From Takakia lepidozioides (lineage: Eukaryota > Plantae > Bryophyta): DNA of 64,000 nt. Each line of letters begins with the position of its first letter. Positions within the stretch are counted from its first letter, which is position 1. Shown here piece after piece: positions 50,252-64,000 of this stretch. The notes beneath the pieces are model-generated. The model did no database searches, was not told the DNA's origin, and saw only the letters and a list, made by a program, of their open reading frames with translations. The translations under genes and the position numbers were made by a program. Location: NCBI GenBank assembly GCA_030704615.1, contig CM060734.1, positions 3,968,001-4,032,000 of the forward strand, given 5' to 3'.

Positions 50252-51328
50252 TGTCGAGCGGCTTTTACTCACCCATCCCTTAGCTATCTGAGGTGGAAAC
50301 TCCAAGATAGAAGAGTTGGAAATCTCTAAGCACTCAGTCCGCTCAGAATAATCAGTCATGACATACAGCTAGTGTATCATGGGGGCGCTTCCTATTTGTA
50401 TTCCTTCTTGCATTCATATTAGCAAGTTACCTTATTGTCTATGATTAAGTATCAGATTGCTTCTAAAATCTTCCATGTTCCATCTACCCAAGCATTCATT
50501 CCACAGTTTTACTCAGGTCTCTCTACACAGTGTGAGTATGAAATATGTATCGGATTAATATCTATCAAGTATCAGGCCGAAGCCATGGTGTCTCTAATCT
50601 GCTCTACAGTGCATCTCTACAGCTTGCATGAATCAAGCATCATCTCGTCGTATCTCCTCCTCTGTGTAATCTCCATCCCTGTGCTCCAAGATCGTGCTCT
50701 CCGCCTGATCTCCCCCAATGATGTCCAAGAAGTGATCTCCAAGAAGTGACCCCCTCCATGTCGGTACTTTGCCTATTCTACCTGCAAGCTGTTGTAACCG
50801 CCTAACTAACTAATTGTCATCCAAGACAGAATGCACGTTCCCTCTGCAAATGTCGTTCCTACACAGTCGTTCCCTGCCAATGATAATCGTTCCCTGTGAA
50901 CGTTGTGACGGGTTGTGCCAAACTGTGTCGGGCTGTGACTGTGCCGAGCTGTGACTGGCTGTGTCGGGTTGTGTCGGGTTGTGATAGACTGTGACTGACT
51001 GTGATAGGCTGTGTAAGGCTGTGTCAAGCTGTGTAAGACTGTGACAAGTTGTGTCAGGCTGTGTCAGGCTGTGTCAGGCTGTGACTGACTGTGATAGGTT
51101 GTGTAAGCCCATGACTGACTGTGTGAGCTTGCCTACCACCCCTAAGGCCTGTGTCTGTCACCCCTAAGGGCTCTGTTGGTCTAAGTCTACCATCCGTAAG
51201 TCTGCACAAAATTAAGGGTACCCCACAGAACCCGTAAAACTGTCTGTCCCAATAGTGGAAGCCTGCTTTTCACCTCGTGCATCCTCACTAACTCGCAATG
51301 CGTTGTGGTTGTTTTTGGGGCAGGCACA
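50252..51328 (-). mobile_element. LTR-like element with 10-bp (ctgtgtcagg-type) repeats, truncating the LINE 5' end
   Basis: TG..CA ends; repeats resemble 12430-12510; similarity to 38720-39075; no TSD. Confidence 0.55.
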
Positions 51329-53157
51329 TGTGAGGGCTTCCACTTAATATTCTGATGTCTAGGTGCTGTTGGATGCCAAGTGGGATTGCAGAGCAGGGGA
51401 AGGAATCGTTTGCCAGGGACTCATCCTAAAATGTTGAAAAACTAAACTACTCTATGGTTTTTCTTGATCCTGCCTCTTTCCTTCCTTGATTTTTGAAGAA
51501 CAAGTGTAATGATTTCTACGATGGGCTAGTTTGGCCCAGCCAGTGGAAAGACTCTGTTATGATGTGACAGCCGGGTTTATGATTGCTTGTGTGAGAGATA
51601 CACATCTGTTTTTCAAGCCCTAGTTTGCTTTGCTTACCTTATGGTAGTTGGAAACAAATTGAGAGGCTGCAAGGAACTGTTTGCTGCAGCTACTCGGGTA
51701 CCTCTGTTTAAAAGACCTCTGTTATGTTCCAACCTAGATGGCTTTGATTAGCTAGATGCTTAGGCCAGGGTATGGTGAAGTTTCTGCCTGTGGCTATTCA
51801 GCTGACACTGAAATATGGCAGTAATATAAATGGTAACTGGTTTTTGAGGCAGCCAAGGTGGTCAAGTGGAAATACCCCCTGGACATGGTGTAATGACATG
51901 GTCAAATGTGGAATGATGTGAAGGGTGTACTGACAGTACCGTATACTGTCACAGGATGAGTATGCAGTCCTTTATATTTACCTTGCTTTGTCATGAGCTT
52001 TGATTTTCAGCTGTAGCAAGAAATAAAGGTATAGGGGTGTTCTGGAAAACTTACCAGACATATCCACATCCGTGGGGGCAAGCTGTACTGCACACCAGTC
52101 TAAGCAAATACTGGCAAGGCAAGGTATTTAAATCTGTGATATCCAAGTGTTCCTTTCTTTTTTAAGAAAACCCTCCATGACACCCATGGGGTTTTAGTAA
52201 GTATGCTTGGATTAGCTTGCAGACAGTAAATCTGTATGACTATGTGACCTGCACCACATCAAGGCCAAAATATGGCCAAGTACCCGCCATCCCACCCAGA
52301 CCTATGTAAGTGTATCATGATCTTGACTGGTGGTCAATCAGCATCAGTGGCATCTCTGGATTATGAATCATACTGCCATGAACACATTACTGTGCATGGA
52401 TGTAATTCTGGATTTTCTAAGCTCGATGATTGATGGATGGTGCCACTGTTGAGTGGCTGATATGTCTATTTATTCTTTCATGACAACGACCCTAGGGGTC
52501 CTATCTTTGTCTTGACATGACAAAAAGTATCTTCCCTCTCTTTTTTGCCGCTCACAAAAATAAACAAACCACAAGGGAGAGAGGGTGCAGAAAAAATTAA
52601 AAATCTTGCAAGGTCAAATACACTTCAATCTAAGCGCAGAGAATGCCAAAGGAAACAAGGAAGCAAAATCAACAGAGAAAAAACCTTTTTTACTGTTTGG
52701 GGGAGAGTCGCCATCTCTCCACAAGCCTAACCGTGCAGGGAGGACTCCGCCAGCACCACAGCACTGCTACCTTAACCAAAGCAAGATCTTGTCAAGCACA
52801 AGAAAAAAAGAGCTTGGTTTCAAAAGATAGGGTTTATAAAGGGAGGGAGAGAGACGGCTACTAGGGAAACGTCCTAGGCATGCAGGTGGTGCCTCTGCCA
52901 TCACTGCCGCGGTTCCCTTGTGCAGCAAAAAAACAGACAACTGAGACAGGGAATCTTCCCTCATCACTAAGCCACCGCCATCGCCTTAAAGAGCTCGCCC
53001 ATGCGTCGCTCACAGGAGCCATAAACACTCAACGATTGGCAGCTCAAGGTATCTGCAGCACGAGCACCATCGCTCCTCACAAGCCGTCATCGCGCGCGCT
53101 CTCGCAGTGCGATGCTAGACTATTCTATCTCTCTCTTTCTCTTCCTTGGATCGACTT

Positions 53158-53820
53158 TTACCACCGGTCATCTTCATCTAACACGATCATCATTCTTCCA
53201 GATTCATAAATATTCTCTCCATCCTCTATTAACTCTGCTCCATCAGCTGAAATTAAATACCATTGCTCAACTATATTTTTCCTCCAATAGTCTTCTTTAT
53301 AAATGATCGATAATTCCCTATACCATCCCTTATTCACAAGCTGTAATTGTATAATCACTTTATCGCTACAACATAACTTCTTAAAGATATCTATTGACAG
53401 ATTGTCTGGTAGACCAATAGTTATCTCTGACGATTCTTTTACTTCCCCATCAATTGACTTTTCCATTCAGGTGCCCTTTTCTTCACTAATAATTTCTCAC
53501 GTCTATTTCAATTGAGGTCTTCCTACTCCAAAATCTTTTATCCGTGCTTTTATATATTCTGGATATCCATCTAAAGGACAGCACCACATCTGGATCCACT
53601 TACGTTGCAGATGACAATGTTTATATAGAACTGATAACTCCTTCTGCCATGCTTTACTTACGCTCTCTAGTTGCACTAATTCTGCATCATTACAAAATAA
53701 ACTCTTAAATATCAGAATCGAGACATTTCTTGGTAACCCAGGGATTAATTCACACACATAATTCTTATCTCCTCCAATAGTGCATATTCTCACCATCTCA
53801 TACAGAAGATAAACATTCAA
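53158..53820 (-). pseudogene. Two tandem short F-box-like ORFs
   Basis: LIPGLPRNVSILIFKSL..LESVSKAW and IGLPDNLSIDIFKKL..LQLVNKGW. Confidence 0.55.
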
Positions 53821-54892
53821 TTCATCAGTTACAAATCATTCCATCAGTTTGGTGCTTACACAGAAAATACTCAATTGAATTCCCTCCTTTACTTCTCCCA
53901 ACAATAATAAGAACACTATTGCAGATCTATACTACCATTGATGTAAAATTCCATCTCCTAAATTCTACAGCTCCTACACACAAACACTCTACTCTGGTCA
54001 CGACTCTCTGGCTCATGTGACACCATCTACTTCACATGAACGAAATAAATAGCAGAGTTGTTCCAACAACTTCTATAACTGCCCAACCTCTTCTATCCAT
54101 CCAAAATAGTCATCCATCCAAATTTCTTATTATCCAATCAAGGACAGACTATTGGCTGTTCACAAAATATCGAGGAACACTGTTCTATTACAGTAATATC
54201 GATGGTATCACAAAGTATATCAACGGAAAAATATACTAAAAAGTTTTAAAACCATAGCTTAACAAAAAATTCCTATTATTCTACACTTAGATCCTTTTAC
54301 ATCCAACAATTAAAACAACTTGCCACCCAACGAGAGACTAAACCCTTATGTCTATGAGCAGCACAAAGAGCTAAAATATATTAAAATATTTCACGTCATG
54401 AGCCACGTAGAGCACTTACGGAAATTGCATCTTTGAATAGGGTGTGCAATGAATGCCTAGTTGTTAAAGGAGTGGTACAAACGACTATATATTCACCCCA
54501 AATAAAAAATATAAAACTGAATTTATTAGGAATACGGATTTTGGTTTTCGAGTCGTTTCTCCAGTGCTTAAAACCACTTGTAATAGCCGCTTTTAAGTTT
54601 TGTTTATTTACGTAATTGAATTAAATCGCCGTGATTATTGCTACGATTCCGGAGTCATTGACCCAACTTGTATCCGCCATCTGAAATGACCCCGTGGGCC
54701 TGCATTGTCCTTTGCAACTCTCCAGTAGTAACTCCGACTGCAAAGTTGTTCCTGGAGTGGTTTCGGACACCCAGTCGATTAGAAAAATACACAATTCTTT
54801 GTCGTGATATTATTGCGCTGTGGCGATATAAATCTGAACACTGGACCCGCCACAATTAGTGACATCTGACAAAACAATATCGTTAACATCGT

Positions 54893-55300
54893 ATGAAAAT
54901 ATTTTCATCTTCTGGTGCTGAATATATAATGGCTACAATAATACAAGAAGAGCTATCCACATTATTGTCATTTACAAACCTCTATCGCTTTCAATACCCA
55001 CATTTTTATCTTCTTTACAAACAATTGTTGATAAGATGCCAAAGTTTTTGCCCCACCATTATCATGGGTGATTTTAATATTAACATGCTAGAAAACAATT
55101 CATCAATGTCAAAGCAACTGCTACAATTTATGAAGACGATTAACATGACACTTCAATTTATGCAAGCTACTACAATATATGGTTCACAATTGGATCACAT
55201 TTGGACAAATACACCAAACCAACAATGCATATCTGGAGTTACATAAGCATATTGGACAGATCACAAACCTACATATATAGCTTTCAAGTTGCCAAATCAC
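54893..55300 (+). pseudogene. APE-type endonuclease C-terminal fragment, likely Helitron/Helentron RepHel tail
   Basis: IIMGDFNINML, TTIYGSQLDHIWTN, YWTDHKP; domain is terminal with no RT following. Confidence 0.6.
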
Positions 55301-55899
55301 GTTGTTAAATATCATCATTCACATTAGTGTTGCCTTATATATTTTATATTGGAGGGTGGAGCCATTACGTGTCAAGCCGCTTGTTTTTGAAGACTGCAAC
55401 GCCCTTCAACTTGCAAAAATGCTCCATATGAAGGGCAAAAAAATCAGGGCCCTTCAAAAGAAAGGCCAGATAAAATCTGAACCTTTCATCATGAAGGGCT
55501 TAAAAAAAAAAAACCTTGCAAATGAAAGTCTAGGTTTAATAATGAAGGGTTCAAGCCTCAAGAGTCAAGGGTTCAAACCTCAAGGTACAAGTGCTTAAAC
55601 CCATCCATTGCCCAAGTTGCAATAGCCATCGGAGGTTCCAAATTCCAATGGCTATTGCAGTTTTGCCAATGTGCCAATTTCCATTGCCATTGCGTGGGCC
55701 CTAGCACTGCACCGTGTACAATGCAACCGCCAGCCGCAGAATGTGTATGGCTATCTAAGTTCTTAGTCCGTGTGACCTGCCCTCCCGTGCAGCGTGCTCA
55801 AGCTTATCGTCGAGCCGGCTGAGCTTAAGAAAAAGAATTTGCTGCTTGACCTACTTTGATTAGACTTTGGCAGAGGGTGTTGGTTATTCCTCCCAGGAT

Positions 55900-56102
55900 A
55901 GCTATTTGCAAGCGTGTTCTCAAAGCAAAATTGGGTGAAGAGTGACCGTAGAAACAGATTAAAGTTGAGGACTTTGGATGCATTGATGCGAGTTTGTTTA
56001 TGTGGGCTCGAAGTGGAGGCTATGGATTGGACTGCCATTTTTGAGATTTCGAATGGCATGAAGAACCGTAGAGCTGTTCCGTTGGAAATAGATTCAGTTT
56101 GA
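55900..56102 (+). pseudogene. hAT transposase C-terminal dimerisation-domain fragment
   Basis: FSKQNWVKSDRRNRLKLRTLDALMRV. Confidence 0.75.
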
Positions 56103-56418
56103 ATTTCTGTCATAACTTTTATCGTATGTGGACCTATGGAATGTGAAAAGACTTTCATTTCAAGTGTGTTGTACAGCAACATTTTTTTTATGTTACAGCA
56201 TGCTCGCCGAATGGCCGCCAAAAAAAAATGAAGGGCTGTCGAAACAGCCCTTCAACATGAAGGGCAAATTTTTTAAGAAACTTGCAAATGCAAGTATAGG
56301 TCGGAGATAGATATGAATCTAAGATCCACATACTCCCTCGAAAATGGAGAGAAAAATGAAAGCACCGTATGGGAGGAGGTGGAAATGAAAACGTAAAAGA
56401 GTGAGAGGCGCGTAGGGC

Positions 56419-57323
56419 TCACCGCCGGGGGGGGGAGGGGATAGAGAGATCCACAGGCGCCAGAGTGAGCGAAGTTTCGTCGTTCTCAGGGACCGGGAAA
56501 ATAGCCCTATTGGTGTTGATATGCATCTGCTCGTCATGCTCGTTGACAGGGATAATCGCCAAGCTGTTGGTGGAATTCAGACGCTCCAGGGGCCTGCCGT
56601 ACTTCTGAGAGAGCAACATCGCCTCCACGAGCTTGACCCCCGCCGTATAGGTAGCAACTAGATAAGGGCGTCCAGACGGGCTTCCAATACTCTGCGGGAC
56701 ACTGTCACCAGTAAGCCAGTTAGCGAAAGTACCATGGGGGGTCATGGGGTGAACACTGATAAGAGGGAGAACTTGAACAAAGAAAAGATCTTTGTTGGAA
56801 GTAGACTTGTAAAGGCGGGAACCAAAGAAAACAGAGGTATCTGAGCTCAGCTGAAGATTAGGGATAAATCTGTCGAAAATCTCTTGAATCTTAGTGAGAA
56901 TCAAATCTAGCTCCTTTCCTGGACTCATAGATAGACATATTTCTTAGTGATCCAGGAAGTGGTGAATTTGTTTGCCCCTGTAAGCAAAATCGACTTGACC
57001 CCATCAGGAAAACCCAGCAGGATTGGCGAGATGTTGATTGCCACAGCTTGGGTTCCACAGAGGTGAGAGGCATCATCAAGCGAGGCATCCGCAAAGGACT
57101 GAAGTTGAAGACAGAATGAAGCCAGGCTCTGAATGCCGTCAGGTGACTCGAGAGGGAAGAGCGCCGGGGTGTCTTCCGATTTGCGATTGGAGATGGGCGA
57201 CTTTGAGGGAAGGAGAAAAACACGGGGACTGATCGGGGAATGCACAAAACACTTGGAGTAGGCTTTGTACGAGGAATACCATTGAAACTCATTATCTCGA
57301 TGAATACCAACCACAATGATCAA
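56419..57323 (-). pseudogene. Frameshifted unknown coding segment (possibly TE-derived)
   Basis: Two abutting ORFs of 132 and 169 aa; no recognisable motif. Confidence 0.3.
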
Positions 57324-58319
57324 CTACCGTGGGGAAATGAATGAGGACCTGGTCTCAACCTGGTCTAAAGTTGTCACCACCGAGTTCAAACTCTGCTTGC
57401 ACACTCAGCTGCCCCCACACTTGTAGGTTCAACCAAGCCAACCTCTGGTCCAAAAACTTGTCTGCCCTCAACAACACATGAAAATCAGTAGCAAAAAGCA
57501 GGATAATGAAGTTTGCATCTTACTTCGGTCATCTCTGCCCCAAGATGCTTTCCATGAGAAAGCAATGAGGAAGTCGAAGTCCCACCCTAGTGACTGGCTG
57601 ATAACAAACCATCAGTACCGGCTCGCAGGGGGTTTTGGCATACCTGATGAACAATACTCTATAGACAGATCATGATTATGGAGGTCGAATTCATTCCTAA
57701 AGAGCACATACAGCTCAACATGCAATGATAAAAGGATGAACTTCATCTGTTGATCTACTAATGGTTTTCCATTTATCTACAATTTCAAGAAAACATGGTC
57801 ATTGTAATCCCCCTAGACAGCCATTAATGATTGACATTAAGTGCACCACTCTAGCCATCTCAGGTAATCCCACAAATACTTGCATCTTAGCAAACCACTT
57901 GCACACAGTACCTCCCACAGCTCTACAAATTCCATGCAGTAGTTATCTGCAACAATTGTTCACATAATCCCAGTGACAAGCTGACTGAAATGCTGCAATC
58001 ACAGATCCTGCTTTCTCTGGGTCTAGATTTGACAGACATCCAAGTGCAATTCGGTTTACAGCCACTGAAAAATCATTTAGAAATCAAGACATGGACCACA
58101 TGAGAAGAGGCAAATGAAGAACAAAGACACGAATAACTCTTACATGTTTTAAGAGCCATGCAGCCCCATAGCAACATACCCCTGGGAAGCAAGTCCCATC
58201 ACCAAGAATTAAAAAGCAATCCCAATTCATAACTTATTTCTTCTCCTTCCCAAACCCGTCAATGGACCCCATGCCTTTCGTGATAGAAACAAGAGAATGA
58301 GGGTTCTTGATACACCGGG

Positions 58320-61300
58320 TCAAAGCAACCGGGTAACAAGATCCCCATCTTTTAACTTCATGTGTGGAAGCGCCACTTGACCATTTATAAACACAATCCT
58401 TCCATCCATGCCCATCCGCCGGGCAATGTCCCCTGCAGTGCTACCATAAGGCATGCGCATGATTTCGCCGTCCGGCCAGCACATGACCAAAACTTCTGTC
58501 AGTGCTGCCGAATTTGGATGGTCCAGATTCAAGATAGTTACAGATCCATCCGTTGCTGCCTCCTGCCGCAACTCTCGCTCCCACTGTAGCATGGACCGCA
58601 GCAGCTTCACCTGTTCAACAAACCATCACAGTGGATCCAATACTCTATTCAAGCTTGGTTCTCTAAAGATGGTCACAGCTAAAGATTGTGCCTTCCATTC
58701 TATGACAACATGTGCACCCATACTCCCCATCATGCACGTGTGGAAATTTTGCATGGAGGTCAAGAATTGGTCAATGAGGATGGCAATCTACACCTTATTA
58801 TTGAGGCGAGTGACGGTGGACGCCCCAGATCCGATTTCACATGGAGGCTTGTCACAGTCATATACTACACTGGCACTTTGCTGGACCTCCTTTCCTTCTT
58901 CCACCATAGCCATCACCTCCTGGTAATCCTCTTGCTCCTGGTTGCTCAAATCCAGCAGCTGAATAAATGTGGGGAGGGCTCGGTCAAACTGGTCTTGCTG
59001 TGCAGCCCACCACCCACAAAGACCCCAACAGAGTTAGATTGAAAATCACAATGTAAAGCTTTCATACTCCAGGTGCCGGAAAAGGTTTGTTGGTTCAAAG
59101 ATTACTGAAAAAATGGTTGGTCATAAATTTGGAGAGTTTGCTTCTACACGGAAACCCTCTTCCTCTGGGGAGAGAGCCTTGCCCTTGAGAACCAAAATCA
59201 AACCAAAAAAGAAGGTACGACAGTAAACTATGGCGCAAAAAGTAAATCCGATTTCAGCCAGACTAATCAGAACTAGCCCATGGGATAAGGTGGAAAGCGG
59301 ATTGAAAGGCCTTCCTGTGGGATCACAAGAGCCAGTAAGACACCTTTGTAAAGGTTTGCTTCAGAGGACTGTTGAAGTGCTTCTATTCCTAGCTTTCCTT
59401 ATGGCCTAATTACCTGTCTGCAGCTCTATCTCCCTCCCTTCTAAGGGCATTGGGGAGGTTCAGGGTGGGCTCCCACAGTCTGCGGATAGAGACTGGTAGG
59501 TGGGAAAATCTGCAGCATGACGACCGACTATGCCCCACTTGCACTGGGAACTACAGGAAAATTCAATGTGAAGAACATGTCTTCTTTCACTGCCCTTTGT
59601 ACTAAGAGATCCGTGGGAGATTCAACTGACTATTCTGGGATACCTAATCTCTCACAGAGGTCTTCCATTACGAGGATCAGAAATGCTTGGCAGCTTACCT
59701 GCATGAAGCGTTGACTCTTAGACAATCCCTTGAGCTATAGTTGCTTTTGAGCTGTTTGTGGCCCCTCTCTCTTTCTTGTTCCTTTCTTCCTCATACCGGT
59801 ACCTAGGTCTGGTTATCCACTCCCCCAAGTTTCACTTTGCAGCCACTGCCTTGGACAGGTTGACTAAAGGTAAGGCGGCCTCCGTCCGCCTTCAGGCCAA
59901 ATGCAAGCAAATACATCTGCGGCATCCCCCGACCAAAAAGTGGCTGTTTGACACCGTCGTCAGCCCTGCTACCATCTATGGTTGTGAGTTCTGGGCACCT
60001 GGTGTCCCTGTCTCCTGGTGGGAAAAGAATTTGGAACCATTACAGTCATCTTTTCTCCAAGCAATGCTTGGTGCCAGGAGCACAACTCCATCTCAGATCC
60101 TAGGTGCAGAGTTCGCATGTGTACCATTGCAATCCGAGGCCCTCTTCAGGCTTACAATCTTTCTCCATAGATTGCAGGCCCTTCCACCCAAAGGGCTAGT
60201 GGCAAGGGCCCTCACAACATCTATGAGGCTCAAAGCTGCAGGTTTCAGGAACTCCTGGTATGCTCGAGTGGACAGTTTATTTCAACGTAACGGACTTTCT
60301 ACTGCTTTCCTATTACCAATGAACCCAGATGAGGTGGACATCACATCCAGACATGACCGCAACAGACTCATTCGGAGAGAGCTTATGGAATTACATGTCA
60401 AGAGAACTTGGATGCTACCCAATCTCACAACAAAGCTCCACTTCTACCGAGAGACATTCTTGGTGCTCCGCGATGATAGAATCTTGAGACCAAATTACCT
60501 TTCAGCACCCTTATCTCCTTCCCTCTTGAGGGCATTGGGGCGGTTCAGGGTGGGTTCCCACAACCTACGGATAGAGACTGGCAGATGGGAAAACCTGCAA
60601 CGGGAGGACCGCCTATGTCCAGCTTGCATAGGGCGCAGCAAGGAAATTGAAACTGAAGAACACTTCTTCTTCTACTGCCCTCTATACTACGAGATCCGTG
60701 GGACATTTCACTGTTTATTCAGTGGAACCCAAACTCTCACTGATGTCTTTCACTATGAGGATCAAAAATGCGTGGCAGCCTACCTACACGAGGCCTTCAC
60801 CCTTAGACAATCGCTAGAACATTAATTGTGGTTTCTGGATTTGTTCCTCTCTCATATTTTCTTCCATTTTGTCCCATAAGCTCTACGAGCTTTCCGCGGA
60901 CATTATAAAGCACCATTTCATTTTCATTTCCTCTTGTCCCATACGCTCTTTGAACTTCCCATGGATGTTATGAAGTACCGTTTCATTTCTGTTCCATTAA
61001 GAGGATCAGAAATGCTTGGCAGCTTACCTACATGAGGTGACTATGGAGCATTTGTTTTCCTCATGTCTGCCACCACCTCCTCTATTGTCTTTGTAAGAAT
61101 ACTCTCTCTCCCTCTGTCTGCATACCTATGAGGGTTTTTCTGGAGACAGACTGGGAGCTCTGGGCATATTTTGAGAGGGACATTAGCTGGATTTCGGCTT
61201 GTAATCAACAATAGGGATCAGTACAAGATGGACAGTAATGAGCTTGCAAGTGAACATTGGAGAACATCAGTTCCTCTCTATACTAATGGATGCAAATGAA

Positions 61301-63894
61301 TATACCGGTCCTCTATCAATAGGCTTTCATGGCAAAGAATTTTCACAAAGCTGGAAACTGCCATTAAGAGGACCTCCTCCCTCTTCGACATGCAGTCCAG
61401 GTTTCAGCACCTCAAAGAATCATACTTTCCAGGAAAAAGACCAGCATAAATGTCTTTCCAGTGAGGCATTTGAGAAAAACATATAAGACCAAAAAATGGG
61501 ATGCCAAGAAACGTTAAGGATCTGGATCCTGGTTGCTGCTATGACCAACAGCTAAAGTGAGTACTCAGAAAATCTTAATTCCAGCAGAGAGCGAAGTAAC
61601 TGTGTTTAAAAAAATAAGCCCCATGAGATAAAATCTCTCGAGATCCTCATCTGAAAACTGTGGCTAGGAAACATAAGAGGCATAATTTTCCCCTCAAATG
61701 CATCCTAGCAGAAATGGTGTGTACATTCTTGTCATGAAGTAACTAAGTTTTCTTTGTTTCGAATGGAGAAGGAATGAAGAGAACAACTCAGCACTTGACC
61801 AGTGGTCATTTCAGTAACCTATGAAGTCCTTGGAGATTACCCTCACAGAGTACCTTTGCATGTAAGCAGACAAAAACCATGATGTAAGATCCACAGACCT
61901 TGTGGTACAAGCCATCTCGACACAAGGTATACTTTTCCAAGCAAGTGCTCCAGTCTCCATGCCCAGGCGCAAACCACCACTGATCTGAAACCTGCATCTC
62001 ACCCCTCCATCAGACAAACACCGTCCCTCACCACTGACACATGCCCCACCGTTCTCAGTTGCCAAGTAGTTGGTAGCCAAGCACTTTTATAGCAGGCCCA
62101 AGGACTCATTAAAGGCAGTGTACAACAAGCTTTCAAAAATGCCCAAGTTGACCAAAACAGTATTTGTGCTCAACAATGAATAGACCCACATATGTGTAAG
62201 GATGCTTAGTGGTTAGGCCTCTCAATAATACAAACCTTCTTGTAAAGTCGGGCATAAGCCTCCCAGCGTTTTTTCTGATTACCCGATCGACCAGCGGCTA
62301 CCGCCTCCCTTGCATGCAGTGCAAAGCTCACAGCCACCAAAAGCTCTCTCCCCTCATCATCCACTCTGTGTTACAGTATACCCTTCCGAAAATTGAACAA
62401 AGGCATATCACGAGGATACAGCGCAGGAAACCTTACGTATTCTCACCTAGTAACCTAAAAAATGATTAAGGATACATAACCTGTTCCTGGACTTCTAGAA
62501 TCAGAATGGTACTGAGTTCATCCACAATTCAGGCTATCCCTCTCTGAACATGTCAACACCTCCTACTATGCCATGAACTTACTAAAAGATCAATTAAGGA
62601 TAAGAAGGATGGTAAACACATTCCTACCTGACAATTACAGCGGCAAGCAGCCGACCTTCTTCAACCCGAAGAGCTGGATCACCCAAGCTGACTGGTCTAT
62701 GAAGCTGTTTTGGGTGTCCAGCAGTTTGTAACTCATGAAGATTGCTGGCAAAGCCATCCAACGAGCCTTCCCGAATCTCCTCATCATCACTCCGGGCATT
62801 TTCTCCCCGGGGTCGCAAGGACACCTTTGTTGATCCAACTAGGGATACCATCTTGACTGAGCTGTCCCCTTCCTTGTACAGCCAGTGTGCCGCATGACCA
62901 CACTCCGCATACTCATGCATGCCCTTCACTCAAGAACTTCATTAGAACTTGCCTAAGAAACTCAAAGTGCTCTCTCCACCCTCCTTATGTTTGGGGAGCG
63001 GGTTACTAACCATCCAGTTCCATCCTGGAACAGAGTGAACAACTTCAGAAGGGGTAAAAATGAAATGTTAACGACAAAAAAAACTCTCGAGTCTTTCATC
63101 ATGTACAACAACAAGGTTTCATACCTGTGTTCGAATTTGTACTTCCAGGGATGCTCCATCAGGACCTCTCACTGCAGTATGAAGAGACTGCCACAAGAAA
63201 TTAAGTGACAAATACTCAGAACAAAGAGCACATTTAAACATCTAATCCATTATGCAATAGGACAGACAGTGCAAGAATATTCCAGAGCCATGAATGGTCA
63301 AAAAGTTTCTTCACCATAGTAAGATAAACACCCCTGTAGAACTTGTGAAATATTACGTAGGCTGCAAGGACGGGAGAGTGGCTGAGACCTGATAACCACT
63401 TTGCTTGGGGTTGACAATGTAGTCATCAAACTCCCCACCAACAGGCATCCAAAGGCTGCATTCTCAACCAGAGTGGTTAATTCTTGCTGTCGGGCCAGAC
63501 CAGGCGTTTTAACCGTTGCTACTCCCACATGGCTAAGTGTCCGGCATGCAAACAACATGTAGGGAAGCACAGATTTCTCAGTTGCAAGATCCACCTACGG
63601 AAGACTTACATTGCATTTTGCAGTCAATCATCAGAAATAGACCAGCCAAGGGTTGCAAATAAGTGGGTCCTCTCAGTTGCTCCAAACTTGTACTCTTTTA
63701 CCACCTTGCCAAATACTGAATGAGTACAACATTGACAAGGGTGCTAGCAATAAACAATACCTATGTACAACACTCAGCAGATTATAGCAACCCTCAACAG
63801 CAGCCACATGTAGTTTGCCGCCACCATCTCCCACAACCACTCGCAACGCCCGTGCATCATACACATGACCTACCGACACCCCTTTCCTTCGCAT
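58320..63894 (-). CDS. RSH: Host RelA/SpoT homologue (ppGpp synthetase domain plus C-terminal TGS-like domain), 3' exons; gene starts beyond the window
   Basis: Exons ~63894-63761 (VYDARALRVV), 63455-63389 (DDYIVNPKQSGYQ), 63187-63125 (SLHT..LEVQIRT), 62923-62628 (MHEYAECGHAAHWLYKE), ~62364-62237, ~61991-61899, ~58997-58793, 58610-58320; GT-AG boundaries. Confidence 0.93.
59078..59226 (+). pseudogene. rps19: NUMT: 3' part of mitochondrial rps19
   Basis: KITEKMVGHKFGEFASTRKP..KIKPKKKVRQ*. Confidence 0.85.
59230..59268 (+). pseudogene. rps3: NUMT: start of mitochondrial rps3
   Basis: MAQKVNPISARL, 3 nt after the rps19 stop. Confidence 0.8.
59430..61040 (+). mobile_element. 5'-truncated RTE/RTEX-like LINE pieces in an RSH intron (main ORF 59758-60825)
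   Basis: YRYLG, YGCEFW, FRVGSHNLRIETGRW..RLCPAC..ETEEHFFFYC; CATTT tail ~60912; an older 3' fragment at 59430-59750. Confidence 0.85.
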
Positions 63895-64000
63895 CTGCAC
63901 ACTCAAACTCACGTGTCCATGAGAGAGAGATGTACCTATACATACATGCGCCTTGTGGCAATAGACGCCCACACTTGGTCAGCAGAAAGAGAAGGAGAAG

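Noticed and set aside
51330-52490. Possible host-gene exons
   Set aside because: Splice-like signals present but no recognisable product could be assembled

Overview
This is a eukaryotic, transposon-dense nuclear region, most likely from a bryophyte. The evidence is GT-AG introns, a plant RelA/SpoT (RSH) host gene at the right end, a bryophyte-type mitochondrial rps19-rps3 insert and a captured plastid VTE3 fragment. Most of the window is nested transposons, and several carry chromatin or DNA-modification modules. (1) A large Mutator-like (MULE) family has 21-bp termini, arrays of a GGAAATGCGGCGCCGCATTTCC-type palindrome, a spliced DDE transposase and a multi-exon cargo gene fusing a ParB/Srx-like domain to a beta-class (N6A/N4C-type) DNA methyltransferase fold. 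(2) Inside an intron of that gene sits a ~13.9-kb Ty3/Gypsy element. Its polyprotein has a DNMT3-like C5 cytosine methyltransferase between protease and RT and a PHD finger after integrase; it also has a self-complementary (Tf1-like) PBS and a permuted LTR layout. (3) A Dualen/RandI-type LINE (APE-RT-RNaseH-RLE) carries an extra chromodomain. (4) An intron-containing Crypton-like tyrosine recombinase lies next to a CACTA terminus. Most copies are degenerate (stops, frameshifts). The window has a 500-N gap and one probable assembly duplication. All domain calls come from reading motifs by eye, not from database searches.
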